Source: Halothiobacillaceae bacterium (GTDB lineage: Bacteria > Pseudomonadota > Gammaproteobacteria > Halothiobacillales > Halothiobacillaceae). From it: 64,000 bases of DNA. The notes beneath the pieces were generated by a model. The model was not told the origin of the DNA. It ran no database searches and was given only the letters and a program-made list of their open reading frames with translations. The stretch is taken from NCBI GenBank assembly GCA_049974825.1, contig JBNGDJ010000001.1, positions 30,993 to 94,992 on the forward strand, read 5' to 3'. Made by a program: the position numbers and the translations under genes. Below are positions 28,176-36,572 of the stretch, piece by piece (the first letter of the stretch is position 1; the number at the start of each line of letters is the position of its first letter).

Positions 28176-29125
28176 CGACCCGGCGCCTCGGCGTGGTGAT
28201 GGACCCCATCGCGGCCATCAAGCCCTGGAAGGATACCACCCTGGCCATGCTGCTGGCCGCCCAGGCACGCGGCTGGACAATCGAGTACATGGAACCGGCC
28301 TGGCTGCATGCCCGCGACGGGCGAGCCTTCTCGCGCATGCAGTCCCTGGCCGTGGCCGACGACCGAAAGGACTGGTACCGTCTGGAAGCCCCCCGGGTTC
28401 TCCCGCTGGGTGAGCTGGATCTGATCCTGATGCGTCAGGACCCGCCGGTCGACATGGAATTTCTCTATGTCACCCAGATTCTGGAGCTGGCCGAACGCGA
28501 GGGCGTACAGGTTGCCAACCGGCCGGCGGCCATCCGGGCCGCCAACGAAAAGCTGCTGGCACAGCATTACCCGCAGTTTTGCCCGCCGACGCTGGTCAGT
28601 CGGGACCCGGCGCTTTTGCAGTCCTTCCTTGAGGCACAGGGAGAAATCGTGGTCAAGCCGCTGGATGCCATGGGCGGGGCCTCGGTGTTCCGGCTCGATA
28701 CGGATGATCCGAACGCCCAGGTCATCTTCGAAACCATGACCGCCCACGGCCGCCGAACGACCCTGGCGCAGCGTTTCGAACCGGCCGTGCGCGTGGGGGA
28801 TCGACGAGTTCTGCTGATTGATGGCGAACCGGTATCCCACGCCCTGCTGCGAGTCCCGCCGGAGGGCAGCTTCCGCGCCAATCTCGCGGTTGGCGGCCGG
28901 GGCGAGGTCGTGCCCCTGCGCCCCCGGGACCGTGAGATCGCCGCGGCCGTCGGCCCCGACCTGGCAGCCGACGGACTGCGGTTCGTGGGGCTGGACATCA
29001 TCGGCGACAGCCTGACCGAGATCAATATCACCAGCCCGACCTGCGCAAGGGAAATCAGCGCGGCCACCGGCATCGACATTGGCGGACTGTTTCTGGACGC
29101 CCTTCAGGCCGGTCGCGCAAGCTAA
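28172..29125 (+). CDS. gshB: Glutathione synthetase
   Basis: LGVVMDPIAAIKPWKDTTLAMLLAAQARGW ... LILMRQDPPVDMEFLY ... VVKPLDAMGGASVFR ... GLDIIGDSLTEINITSPT shows the GshB ATP-grasp pattern. Confidence 0.9.
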   Translation: MTTRRLGVVMDPIAAIKPWKDTTLAMLLAAQARGWTIEYMEPAWLHARDGRAFSRMQSLAVADDRKDWYRLEAPRVLPLGELDLILMRQDPPVDMEFLYVTQILELAEREGVQVANRPAAIRAANEKLLAQHYPQFCPPTLVSRDPALLQSFLEAQGEIVVKPLDAMGGASVFRLDTDDPNAQVIFETMTAHGRRTTLAQRFEPAVRVGDRRVLLIDGEPVSHALLRVPPEGSFRANLAVGGRGEVVPLRPRDREIAAAVGPDLAADGLRFVGLDIIGDSLTEINITSPTCAREISAATGIDIGGLFLDALQAGRAS

Positions 29126-29185
29126 GGGAATCTCTGCACGAATGCTGAGATTTCCGATTGGGGCAGGGCATCGACGCCCTGCCCG
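29126..29185. repeat. Partial copy of the mosaic hairpin repeat (terminal and D modules)
   Basis: GGGAATCTCTGCACGAATGCTGAGATTTCC GATTGGGGCAGGGCATCGACGCCCTGCCC. Compare 60314-60365. Confidence 0.7.
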
Positions 29186-29247
29186 AAAGCGAATCTTGCT
29201 CGAAACGTCCACCTGCCTGATTTGGAAAAAGGGAGACTGACCGAATC

Positions 29248-30321
29248 ATGAAGCCATCAGCCATCGACCCGAACCGCCGCCGCTGCCTGCGCCTGCTGGC
29301 CGCGGCGCCGCTGCTGACCCTGGCCGGATGCGCCCGGGAACCCACTACATTCATCGAGGAAGGGTTCACGGTCTTCCACGCACCGGTCCTGCTGAAATTC
29401 GCCAATGTCGAACCCGGCGCGGCGCAAGCCGTGCTGAGCGAGGCCGAGGCCTACATGCAGCCGTTCTACCAACGCATCCATCCCTGGAAAGACAGCGACC
29501 TGACCCGGCTCAACGCCCGGCTGAAGGCGGGCGAGACGGTCCAGGTCGACGAGGAGATGCTCGGGCTGCTGCGCGAAGGCAAGCGCCTGAGCCAGATGAC
29601 GGACGGCGTGTTCGACCCGGCTGCCGGGGAGCTTTTCGCGAAGTGGGGCTTTCACTCCAATCACCCGGAACGCGATCGCAAGCCGCCACCGGAAAGTTGG
29701 CTGGCAGCCTGGCGCGCCGACGTGCCGCGGATGGATGACCTGGTCATCGAGGGCGACCGCGTGCGCAGCACCAACCCGCGCCTGCAGCTTGATCTCAACG
29801 CCATGGCCGAAGGCATGGCCGCACGTCACGTACTCGCCCGTGCCACGGCCGTGGGCGTGAACAACATGATCTTCGATCCAGGCGGAGACCTCGGCGTACT
29901 TGGCCGCGCCGGCGATCGTCCCTGGTCGCTGGGCATCCGCGATCCTTTTGGCAGCCACGGCCAGACCCTGGCGGGAATCATGCTTGAGGGACGCTGGGGG
30001 CTGTTCAGTTCCGGCACCTACGAAAAGCGCTTTCGCATTGATGGCAAGGACTACAGCCACCTGCTGAATCCGACCACTGGCTGGCCGGCCAGGGAGATCG
30101 TCGGCAGCACGGTGCTGCATGCCGACCCGGTAGTGGCAGACGCTGCGGCGACCGCCCTGACCATTATCGGGCCACAGCAAGCCGTACCCACGGCCCAGCG
30201 GCTCGGGCTGAGCGGCTTCGCCATGGTGGATGTGGACCGGCACCTGTATCTGAGCGCGAGCTGGGCCGACCGGCTGAAGCTCGTTGACAAAAATCTGCCG
30301 GTCACCGTGCTGACCTCATGA
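29248..30321 (+). CDS. apbE: ApbE-family FAD:protein FMN transferase, lipoprotein
   Basis: Signal/lipobox LLTLAGC, plus ApbE-like strings [34 protein letters not shown] and [12 protein letters not shown]. Confidence 0.8.
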   Translation: MKPSAIDPNRRRCLRLLAAAPLLTLAGCAREPTTFIEEGFTVFHAPVLLKFANVEPGAAQAVLSEAEAYMQPFYQRIHPWKDSDLTRLNARLKAGETVQVDEEMLGLLREGKRLSQMTDGVFDPAAGELFAKWGFHSNHPERDRKPPPESWLAAWRADVPRMDDLVIEGDRVRSTNPRLQLDLNAMAEGMAARHVLARATAVGVNNMIFDPGGDLGVLGRAGDRPWSLGIRDPFGSHGQTLAGIMLEGRWGLFSSGTYEKRFRIDGKDYSHLLNPTTGWPAREIVGSTVLHADPVVADAAATALTIIGPQQAVPTAQRLGLSGFAMVDVDRHLYLSASWADRLKLVDKNLPVTVLTS

Positions 30322-31109
30322 ATCCGGGCACCGGGGTGCGCCGATGGCTCGGCGCCCATCGCCGCCTGCTGCCGGCCCTCGGCATTGCCCTGGGCCTGCA
30401 CCTCGCCTTTCTGGCGCTGAAGCCGGACCCCCCCCCTCGGCCCGAGCAGGGCCCGACCATCCAGATGGTGTTTTCCGGCCCCGAAAGCCAGGGCGATCTG
30501 CTGATGGCCGGCCCCGACGCCGACCCAACCGAACTGCCGACGCCGGAACCCGCACCGGAACCCGCACCGGAACCCGTACCGGAACCCGAGCCGGAACCCC
30601 AGCCGGAACCGGAACCCGCGCCGGAACCCGAGCCAGATCGCCCCCTGGCCCTGCGCGGCCAGGGGGCGGAAATATCCCGGGAAGCGCGTCTGCGACAGGA
30701 AATCGAAGCCGGCAAGGCCCAGATCGAAGCAGCCGAACGCACGCTGTACATGCAGAGGCGCCCCAAGGACGGAGTCATTGACGTGCAGCGCGCCTTCTAC
30801 CTGGAGGCCTGGCGACGCCAGGTCGAGACGGAAGGGACGCGGAACTTCCCCCCGGCAGTGGCCGAGCAGGGCCTTTCAGGCGGGCCTTTGCTCGAAATCA
30901 CCCTGCTCCCGGACGGCCAAATCGCCCCGGGCGGCATTGTGATTCTGCAGTCCACGGGTCAAGCCGCGCTCGACGAGGCGGCACGCGAAACCGTCCGCCG
31001 GGCCGCACCCTTCCCGCCGTTTCCGGACGCGATACGGGATCGCTACGACCGCATGGTCATTGTCCGCCGGATTGCCTTCGAGAGCGGGAGCACCCGACTG
31101 ACGGACTGA
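30318..31109 (+). CDS. tonB: TonB-family energy transducer
   Basis: N-terminal TM, a (P-E/A-P)n spacer ([34 protein letters not shown]) and a TonB C-terminal domain ([15 protein letters not shown] ... [27 protein letters not shown]). The ATG overlaps the apbE stop. Confidence 0.8.
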   Translation: MNPGTGVRRWLGAHRRLLPALGIALGLHLAFLALKPDPPPRPEQGPTIQMVFSGPESQGDLLMAGPDADPTELPTPEPAPEPAPEPVPEPEPEPQPEPEPAPEPEPDRPLALRGQGAEISREARLRQEIEAGKAQIEAAERTLYMQRRPKDGVIDVQRAFYLEAWRRQVETEGTRNFPPAVAEQGLSGGPLLEITLLPDGQIAPGGIVILQSTGQAALDEAARETVRRAAPFPPFPDAIRDRYDRMVIVRRIAFESGSTRLTD

Positions 31110-31370
31110 CAGGGCGAGCCAGGATCAATGACCGCCAGCTGGCCGCTGGAGGACTTCACCGAAACCCGTCATAAATCCATCCCTGGCTTTATGCAGGAAC
31201 GCCCGGTCAGATCCATGCGCGCACTCCGTCCCTTGCGGCCCGGCGGGCGCGCTCATATACTGCCGGGCCACGGTCGGCAGCCGGGCCTCAATCCGCGCGC
31301 CGGCCCGACGGGTGCGGTGACGGACCCCGTCCCCCCTTCTTCCCGAGCATCTCGAAGGTTACCGAAAACT

Positions 31371-31787
31371 ATGGCCGTGACACTTCCCGAAGGATACAAG
31401 CCCTCTGAAGACGAGGAATACATGAATCCCACGCAGCTGGAGTACTTCCGGCAAAAGCTGCTGGCCTGGAAGAAGGAGCTGGCGGAAGAAGCCGACGCCA
31501 CCATCACGCATCTGCGCGAGGAAAACTGGCAGGAGCCGGACATCAACGACCGGGCCACCCTGGAGTCCGACGCTTCGCTGGAACTGCGCACGCGGGACCG
31601 CTACCGCAAGCTCATCAACAAGATCGACAAGGCCCTTCGCCGGATCGACGACGGCAGCTACGGCTACTGCGAGGAAACCGGCGACGAGATCGGCATCCGC
31701 CGGCTTGAGGCTCGTCCGATCGCCACGCTCAGCATTGAAGCGCAGGAACGCCACGAGCGGCTTGAACGGGTCCAGCGGGATGACTGA
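31371..31787 (+). CDS. dksA: RNA polymerase-binding protein DksA, variant without the Cys4 zinc finger
   Basis: From ATG 31371: [37 protein letters not shown] ... [11 protein letters not shown] ... [29 protein letters not shown]. The ORF-track start at 31128 is an upstream extension. Confidence 0.85.
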   Translation: MAVTLPEGYKPSEDEEYMNPTQLEYFRQKLLAWKKELAEEADATITHLREENWQEPDINDRATLESDASLELRTRDRYRKLINKIDKALRRIDDGSYGYCEETGDEIGIRRLEARPIATLSIEAQERHERLERVQRDD

Positions 31788-32409
31788 CGCAGCGACACGC
31801 GCTCGCGGTCCTGTCCAAAGTGGCGCCGGCCTTGGCTGGCTTTTCGGCCTGATGCTGCTCGTGCTGGGTGGGCCGGTCCTTGGCGACGAGGCACCGCGTG
31901 TTGCCTTGGAGACTTCCGAAGGGCGGATCGTGCTGGCGCTCGACCCCGAGCGTGCGCCGGCGACGGTGGAAAACTTCCTGCGCTACGTGGACGACGGCCA
32001 CTATGACGGCACCATCTTCCACCGGGTAATTGCCGGATTCATGATCCAGGGCGGCGGATTTGACGAGTCCTTCGAGCAAAAACCCACCCGGGAGCCGGTT
32101 CGCAACGAGGCCGACAACGGCTTGGGCAACGACCGCGGCACCATCGCCATGGCGCGCACCATGGACCCGCAGTCTGCCACGGCCCAGTTCTTCATCAACG
32201 TAGTGGACAACGACTTTCTGAACTTCACTGCCCCCACCCCGCGTGGCTACGGCTACGCCGTGTTTGGCCGGGTCGTCGAGGGCATGGACGTCGTCGACCG
32301 GATTGCCGCCACTGCCACCGGCGCAGGCGGCCCCTTCCCTTCCGACGTTCCGCGAGAAACGGTTCTAATCGAACACGCAGAACGCCTGGCCGTGCCCGCC
32401 GATGAATGA
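31780..32409 (+). CDS. ppiA: Cyclophilin-type peptidyl-prolyl isomerase with signal peptide
   Basis: [34 protein letters not shown] ... [22 protein letters not shown]. The N-terminal hydrophobic segment is [18 protein letters not shown] 31780 overlaps the end of dksA. Confidence 0.85.
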   Translation: MTDAATRARGPVQSGAGLGWLFGLMLLVLGGPVLGDEAPRVALETSEGRIVLALDPERAPATVENFLRYVDDGHYDGTIFHRVIAGFMIQGGGFDESFEQKPTREPVRNEADNGLGNDRGTIAMARTMDPQSATAQFFINVVDNDFLNFTAPTPRGYGYAVFGRVVEGMDVVDRIAATATGAGGPFPSDVPRETVLIEHAERLAVPADE

Positions 32410-33601
32410 GACGCCGACGCTGATCGCCGATGGCCGAGCGCTGGACTCGGCCATCGCCGCGATGGCCGATGCGCCCTTTCTCGCGATGGACACGGAGTTT
32501 CTTCGCGAGTCGACCTACTACCCCCAGCTTTGCCTGATCCAACTCGCCAGCCCGGAGTCAATCTGGCTGATCGACCCTCTGGTCATGGGTGATCTTGCCC
32601 CGCTCTGGGACCTTCTGGCCGACTGGTCCCGTCCGCTGGTGCTGCACAGCGGCGAGCAGGACCTGGAGCTGATGCACCTGGCCTGCCGGCGCCTGCCTCC
32701 GCAGATTTTCGACACCCAGATGGCCGCGGCGCTGCTTGGCATGGGCGAGCAGATCGGCTACGCCACGCTGGTCTCAGAACTCTGCGATGTCCAGCTCGAC
32801 AAGTCCCACAGCCGCACCGACTGGTCCCGACGACCGCTGGACCCCGAACAGCTCGTCTACGCCGCCGATGATGTCCGCTACCTGGTCGACATTTACCCGC
32901 GCCTGCGCGCGCGGCTGGAGACACTGGGCAGGGCGGACTGGCTGGACGAGGACTTCGCGGCGCTTTCCGATCCGACCCGTTTTTGCATGGACGACGATGC
33001 CCAGTGGCGACGCGTCAAGGGACACCAGAGACTCAAGGGACGGCAGCTGGCCGTGCTGCAAGCCTTGGCTGCCTGGCGCGAACGCAATGCCCGCGATGCC
33101 GACTGCCCGCGTCGCTGGGTCCTGCCCGACGAGCTCCTGGTAGACCTGTCGCGGAGCATGCCCCACAACATCGGCCAGATGGCCCGCTTTCGCGGCTGGC
33201 CCCGCGACAGCCTGAACCGCTACGGCGAATCCCTGCTTGAAGCAATCCGCAACGCGGTCGGGCGACCTCCTGACCAGTGGCCCCGGCTTGAGCGCAGCGA
33301 CCGGCCCACCGCCGAAGAAGAGGCCCTGCTGGCCCTGCTGCAGGCGACGGTTCGCCAGTGCGCCGCGGCCCGGAACATCTCCGTCAACAGCCTGTCGAGC
33401 AGCGCCGACCTGCTGGCGCTGCTGCGCGGCGAGCGAAACCTCCCCCTGTTGAAGGGTTGGCGGGCCCACGTGGTCGGCCACATACTGCAGGACATGCTGG
33501 CGGGCCGCTGCGCCCTCACCGTGCAGGATGGGCGTGTCGAACTTATCCAGCGCGACCCGGCAGGCCCCGACGTGAACGAGACCGGAGGAAACCGAACATG
33601 A
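32402..33601 (+). CDS. rnd: Ribonuclease D
   Basis: DEDD 3-5 exonuclease motifs ([32 protein letters not shown]) and an HRDC-like C-terminal part. Length is typical at 399 aa. Confidence 0.85.
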   Translation: MNETPTLIADGRALDSAIAAMADAPFLAMDTEFLRESTYYPQLCLIQLASPESIWLIDPLVMGDLAPLWDLLADWSRPLVLHSGEQDLELMHLACRRLPPQIFDTQMAAALLGMGEQIGYATLVSELCDVQLDKSHSRTDWSRRPLDPEQLVYAADDVRYLVDIYPRLRARLETLGRADWLDEDFAALSDPTRFCMDDDAQWRRVKGHQRLKGRQLAVLQALAAWRERNARDADCPRRWVLPDELLVDLSRSMPHNIGQMARFRGWPRDSLNRYGESLLEAIRNAVGRPPDQWPRLERSDRPTAEEEALLALLQATVRQCAAARNISVNSLSSSADLLALLRGERNLPLLKGWRAHVVGHILQDMLAGRCALTVQDGRVELIQRDPAGPDVNETGGNRT

Positions 33602-33816
33602 ATGACCAGGAAATCATCGACCTGATTCGCGACGGCCTGCCCGGCGCCGAGGTACACCCGGAGGGCGAGGGCTGCAGCTTCAAGATCACCGTGATCAGCG
33701 AGGCATTTGCCGGCAAGAGCCTGATCGAGCAGCACCGCATGGTCAACGCCCTGCTCGCCGAGCCCCTGCGCAGCGGCGCCCTGCATGCCGTAACCCTGGA
33801 TACCCGAACGCCCTGA
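33598..33816 (+). CDS. BolA-family protein (72 aa)
   Basis: [53 protein letters not shown] is BolA/IbaG-like. ATG 33598 overlaps the rnd stop. The ORF-track start at 33358 is an extension in another gene's frame. Confidence 0.75.
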   Translation: MNDQEIIDLIRDGLPGAEVHPEGEGCSFKITVISEAFAGKSLIEQHRMVNALLAEPLRSGALHAVTLDTRTP

Positions 33817-33910
33817 GAGGCTGCTCGGGGCATCCCGGCAAGCAGGCAGGATTTCCCGACAATCGCCTGTCGGCGCCCATCCACCGACTGCATTTTTGAG
33901 CGAGAGACCA

Positions 33911-34213
33911 ATGAACGATCAGCAGAAACTCGAACTGGAAGCCGCCGCCTTTCGCCGTCTTCTCCAGCACCTGGACGAGCGCAAGGACGTCCAGAACATC
34001 GACCTGATGAACCTGGCTGGCTTCTGTCGCAACTGCCTGTCCAAGTGGTATCGGGCCGCCGCCGAAGAGCGCGGTATCGAGATGAGCTACGACCAGGCAC
34101 GCGAAGTCGTCTACGGCATGCCCTACGACGAGTGGAAGGCCCGGTATCAAAAGGAAGCGAGTGCCGAGCAGAAGGCCCGTTTCGAAGAGGTTACCGGAGA
34201 GTCCGCCGGCTGA
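33911..34213 (+). CDS. DUF1244-family protein
   Basis: AAAFRRLLQHLDERKDVQNIDLMNLAGFCRNCLSKWY is a pattern I recall as DUF1244. ATG 33911 is preferred over TTG 33896. Confidence 0.65.
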   Translation: MNDQQKLELEAAAFRRLLQHLDERKDVQNIDLMNLAGFCRNCLSKWYRAAAEERGIEMSYDQAREVVYGMPYDEWKARYQKEASAEQKARFEEVTGESAG

Positions 34214-34237
34214 CTCCCGCATAACCCTTGCGCGAGG

Positions 34238-35077
34238 TCATGCCCGGCTTTTTGCAGGGAGTCCTTCAGTCTCCTCAAGACGCCGCTTGGACTCGGCCCA
34301 CAGCTCGAGCCACTGCGCCAGCGAAAGCCCGGCCATGTCCAGCTTGCGGGCGCGGATGAGCGCCTCCATACCGGCGAAACGGCGCTCGAAGCGGCGGTTC
34401 GCCTCGCGCATGGCATGTTCCGGGTCAATCTCAAGCTTGCGGGCCAGGTTCACCGTAGCCGTCAGCACATCGCCCAGCTCATGAAGGATGGCCTGCCGGT
34501 CCGGCGCCGGACCGTTGACCGCCTCGCGCAATTCTTCGATTTCTTCGGCCAGCTTGGCCCAGACCGGATCGATTCCATCCCATTCAAAGCCGACCCGGGC
34601 GGCACGCTTCTGCAGCTTCAGAGAGCGGGTCAGACCGGGCAGGCTGCGCGCCACCCCGTCCAGCGCCCCGCCCGCACCCTGCTCGGCCCGCTCGCGCGCC
34701 TTGCGGGCCTCCCAGGCCTGTTTGACCGCCGCCTCACCGGACAGCCGCTCCGCCTCATCTCCGAACACGTGCGGATGGCGTCGAATCAACTTGTCCGCCA
34801 GCGCATCCATCACGTCATCCAGGTCGAAGGCACCTTGCTCCTCAGCCATTCGGGCGTGGAAGAGCACCTGCAGCAGCAGATCCCCCAACTCGTCCCGCAA
34901 ACCGGGCAGGTCGCCGTCCTCGATGGCCTCCAGAACCTCGTAGGCCTCTTCCACCGTGTAGGGCGCGATGCTCGCGAAAGTCTGGCGGATATCCCAGGGG
35001 CATCCGCTCTCGGGGTCGCGCAGGGCTGCCATCAATGCCCGCAGTCGATCAATGCGGTTCACGGTCTGATCCGACAT
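34238..35077 (-). CDS. mazG: Nucleoside triphosphate pyrophosphohydrolase MazG
   Basis: LRALMAALRDPESGCPWDIRQTFASIAPYTVEEAYEVLEAIEDGD plus a second MazG repeat (WAKLAEEIEELREA). ATG 35077 (MSDQTVNRIDRL). Confidence 0.85.
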   Translation of the reverse strand: MSDQTVNRIDRLRALMAALRDPESGCPWDIRQTFASIAPYTVEEAYEVLEAIEDGDLPGLRDELGDLLLQVLFHARMAEEQGAFDLDDVMDALADKLIRRHPHVFGDEAERLSGEAAVKQAWEARKARERAEQGAGGALDGVARSLPGLTRSLKLQKRAARVGFEWDGIDPVWAKLAEEIEELREAVNGPAPDRQAILHELGDVLTATVNLARKLEIDPEHAMREANRRFERRFAGMEALIRARKLDMAGLSLAQWLELWAESKRRLEETEGLPAKSRA

Positions 35078-35221
35078 TTTTGTACCACCATGGCAGAGTC
35101 GTCGTTGCATGTCAGGATATCCGGCAGCAAGGATGAACCAGGCGCACCCAAGTCTTCTTTGTTGGCATCAGAATGCCCGTTTCACCCACCCAGGTCGAGA
35201 GCAGGGCACCTCGAAAGCGTT

Positions 35222-35390
35222 CGTGCAGAGATTCCCTTAGGAATCTCTGCACGAAGCCATCCATGGCTTCACGCAGACACGCCCGGGCCGATACACGCTC
35301 GGCCCAGGCTCCGCAATTCAATGGCTTGCGCCATTGCGCGGCAGGGCATCCGTGCCCTGCACAGGAAGGTCTGCATTCGTGCAGACCTTC
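35222..35390 (+). repeat. Mosaic hairpin repeat, forward orientation
   Basis: GTGCAGAGATTCC-CTTA-GGAATCTCTGCAC, CGAAGCCATCCATGGCTTC, GCCCGGGCCGATACACGCTCGGCCCAGGC, CCGCAATTCAATGGCTTGCGCCATTGCGCGG, CAGGGCATCCGTGCCCTG and GAAGGTCTGCATTCGTGCAGACCTTC. It aligns with the copies at 40.7, 51.3, 56.0 and 60.1-60.5 kb. Confidence 0.9.
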
Positions 35391-35468
35391 TCTTAAGAAC
35401 TCGTCGCAGGAAGCAAACCCCTCATGATATAATTTTATACAGGACTTGAGCAAAAATATGACAACCCC

Positions 35469-36572
35469 ATGTATATTGCCCCCCTGTCCACCGAGGAACT
35501 GCTTTCTCGCCTGAAGGATGCCTCTGAACCCGCCCAGCATGGCTGGATGCTGTGGGTAGCCGAGGGCAGCGTCGAGTGCCTGCCGAAGTTTCTCGACGGC
35601 TGTCGCAACGCCGGGCTCAAAGTGTGCGGCGGGGTCTTTCCGGGCGTGATCGACAAGCACCGGGTGCGCCGGGAAGGGCTCGTGGCGCATCCCCTGCCGG
35701 CAGGCAGCACCGTAACGGTGGCCGATGTCCGCTTCGGCCAAGTCTTCTGGAGCAAGCCCCTGCCCCCGGCAGACCATAGGCCCGCAACAGCCATGATTTT
35801 GGTGGACTGCCAAGCCTCGGGCATTACGGCGCTGCTTGAACAGACTTTTGACCACTTCGGCAACCGGGTCGGGTATATCGGCGCCGGAAGCGGGTACACC
35901 GACCTGGCCCGCAGGCCGTCAATCTTTACCGATCAGGGCCTGCTTGAGGGCGCCGGCCTTCTGATTCACATCCCCCGCCAGCTCAGCACCGGCGTGCGCC
36001 ACGGCTGGCAACGCCTGGATGGCCCTTTCGTGGCTTCCGACACCCGCGGCAACCTGATTCGGGAGCTTGACTGGCGTCCCGCCGCCGAGGTCTACCGCGA
36101 GGCGGTCCTGCGGCACGCCCCGGAACTGGCTGGCAAGCCCCTGTTTCCCCACCAGGTCGCTGCCTTTCCGCTGGTGATCGCTAAGGAGGGCGAGGAAGAC
36201 ATCGTGCGGGATCCGGTCATCCAGACCCGGGCCGGGGAACTGCAAGTCCTGTCAGACGTGCCCCAGCACTCCCTGATGTTTCTGGCACAGGCTGACCGGG
36301 CCCGTCTGATCGCCGCCTCTCTGGAATCGGCGGAGGCCGTGGCAACAACCCGGAATGGTGCGCTCGGCTGGGTGATCGAATGCTATTCGCGGACCATCAA
36401 CCTCGGCCCGGACATCGAGCATGAGCTGGGCGCCGTGCACGCGGTGCTGACTCGCAAGGCCGGGGTGCCGGTCACCGGCGTGCTGGCCCTGGGCGAGATT
36501 TCCTCCGACGGACGCCATCCGCCGGAGTTTTACAACAAAACTTTCGTCAGTGCCGTGCTCCATGAGCAGTGA
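35469..36572 (+). CDS. FIST-domain sensory protein (367 aa)
   Basis: Size and pattern match FIST_N/FIST_C proteins (VCGGVFPGVI, GYIGAGSG, GPFVASDTRGNLIRELDWRPAAEVY, FPLVIAKEG, ECYSRTINLG, GVLALGEISS). The stop overlaps the downstream ATG. Confidence 0.65.
   Translation: MYIAPLSTEELLSRLKDASEPAQHGWMLWVAEGSVECLPKFLDGCRNAGLKVCGGVFPGVIDKHRVRREGLVAHPLPAGSTVTVADVRFGQVFWSKPLPPADHRPATAMILVDCQASGITALLEQTFDHFGNRVGYIGAGSGYTDLARRPSIFTDQGLLEGAGLLIHIPRQLSTGVRHGWQRLDGPFVASDTRGNLIRELDWRPAAEVYREAVLRHAPELAGKPLFPHQVAAFPLVIAKEGEEDIVRDPVIQTRAGELQVLSDVPQHSLMFLAQADRARLIAASLESAEAVATTRNGALGWVIECYSRTINLGPDIEHELGAVHAVLTRKAGVPVTGVLALGEISSDGRHPPEFYNKTFVSAVLHEQ

Noticed and set aside
30544-30634. Tandem CCGGAACCC-type DNA repeats in tonB, and similar GAACC-rich repeats in chpA near 21100-21160
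   Set aside because: They encode the Pro-Glu/Ala spacers typical of TonB and the ChpA linkers. This is coding low complexity rather than an independent element, although repeat number might vary between strains.
35173-35427. Small ORFs encoding recurring peptides such as RHCAAGHPCPA(Q/R)EGLHSCRPS (also 40896-41591, 51443 frame, 56059-56451, 50000-50100)
   Set aside because: The shared peptide is just the translation of the repeated DNA modules (CCGCAATTCAATGGC..., CAGGGCATCC..., GAAGGTCTGCATTCGTGCAGACC). Copies occur in both orientations and different frames, so the conservation is at the DNA level.
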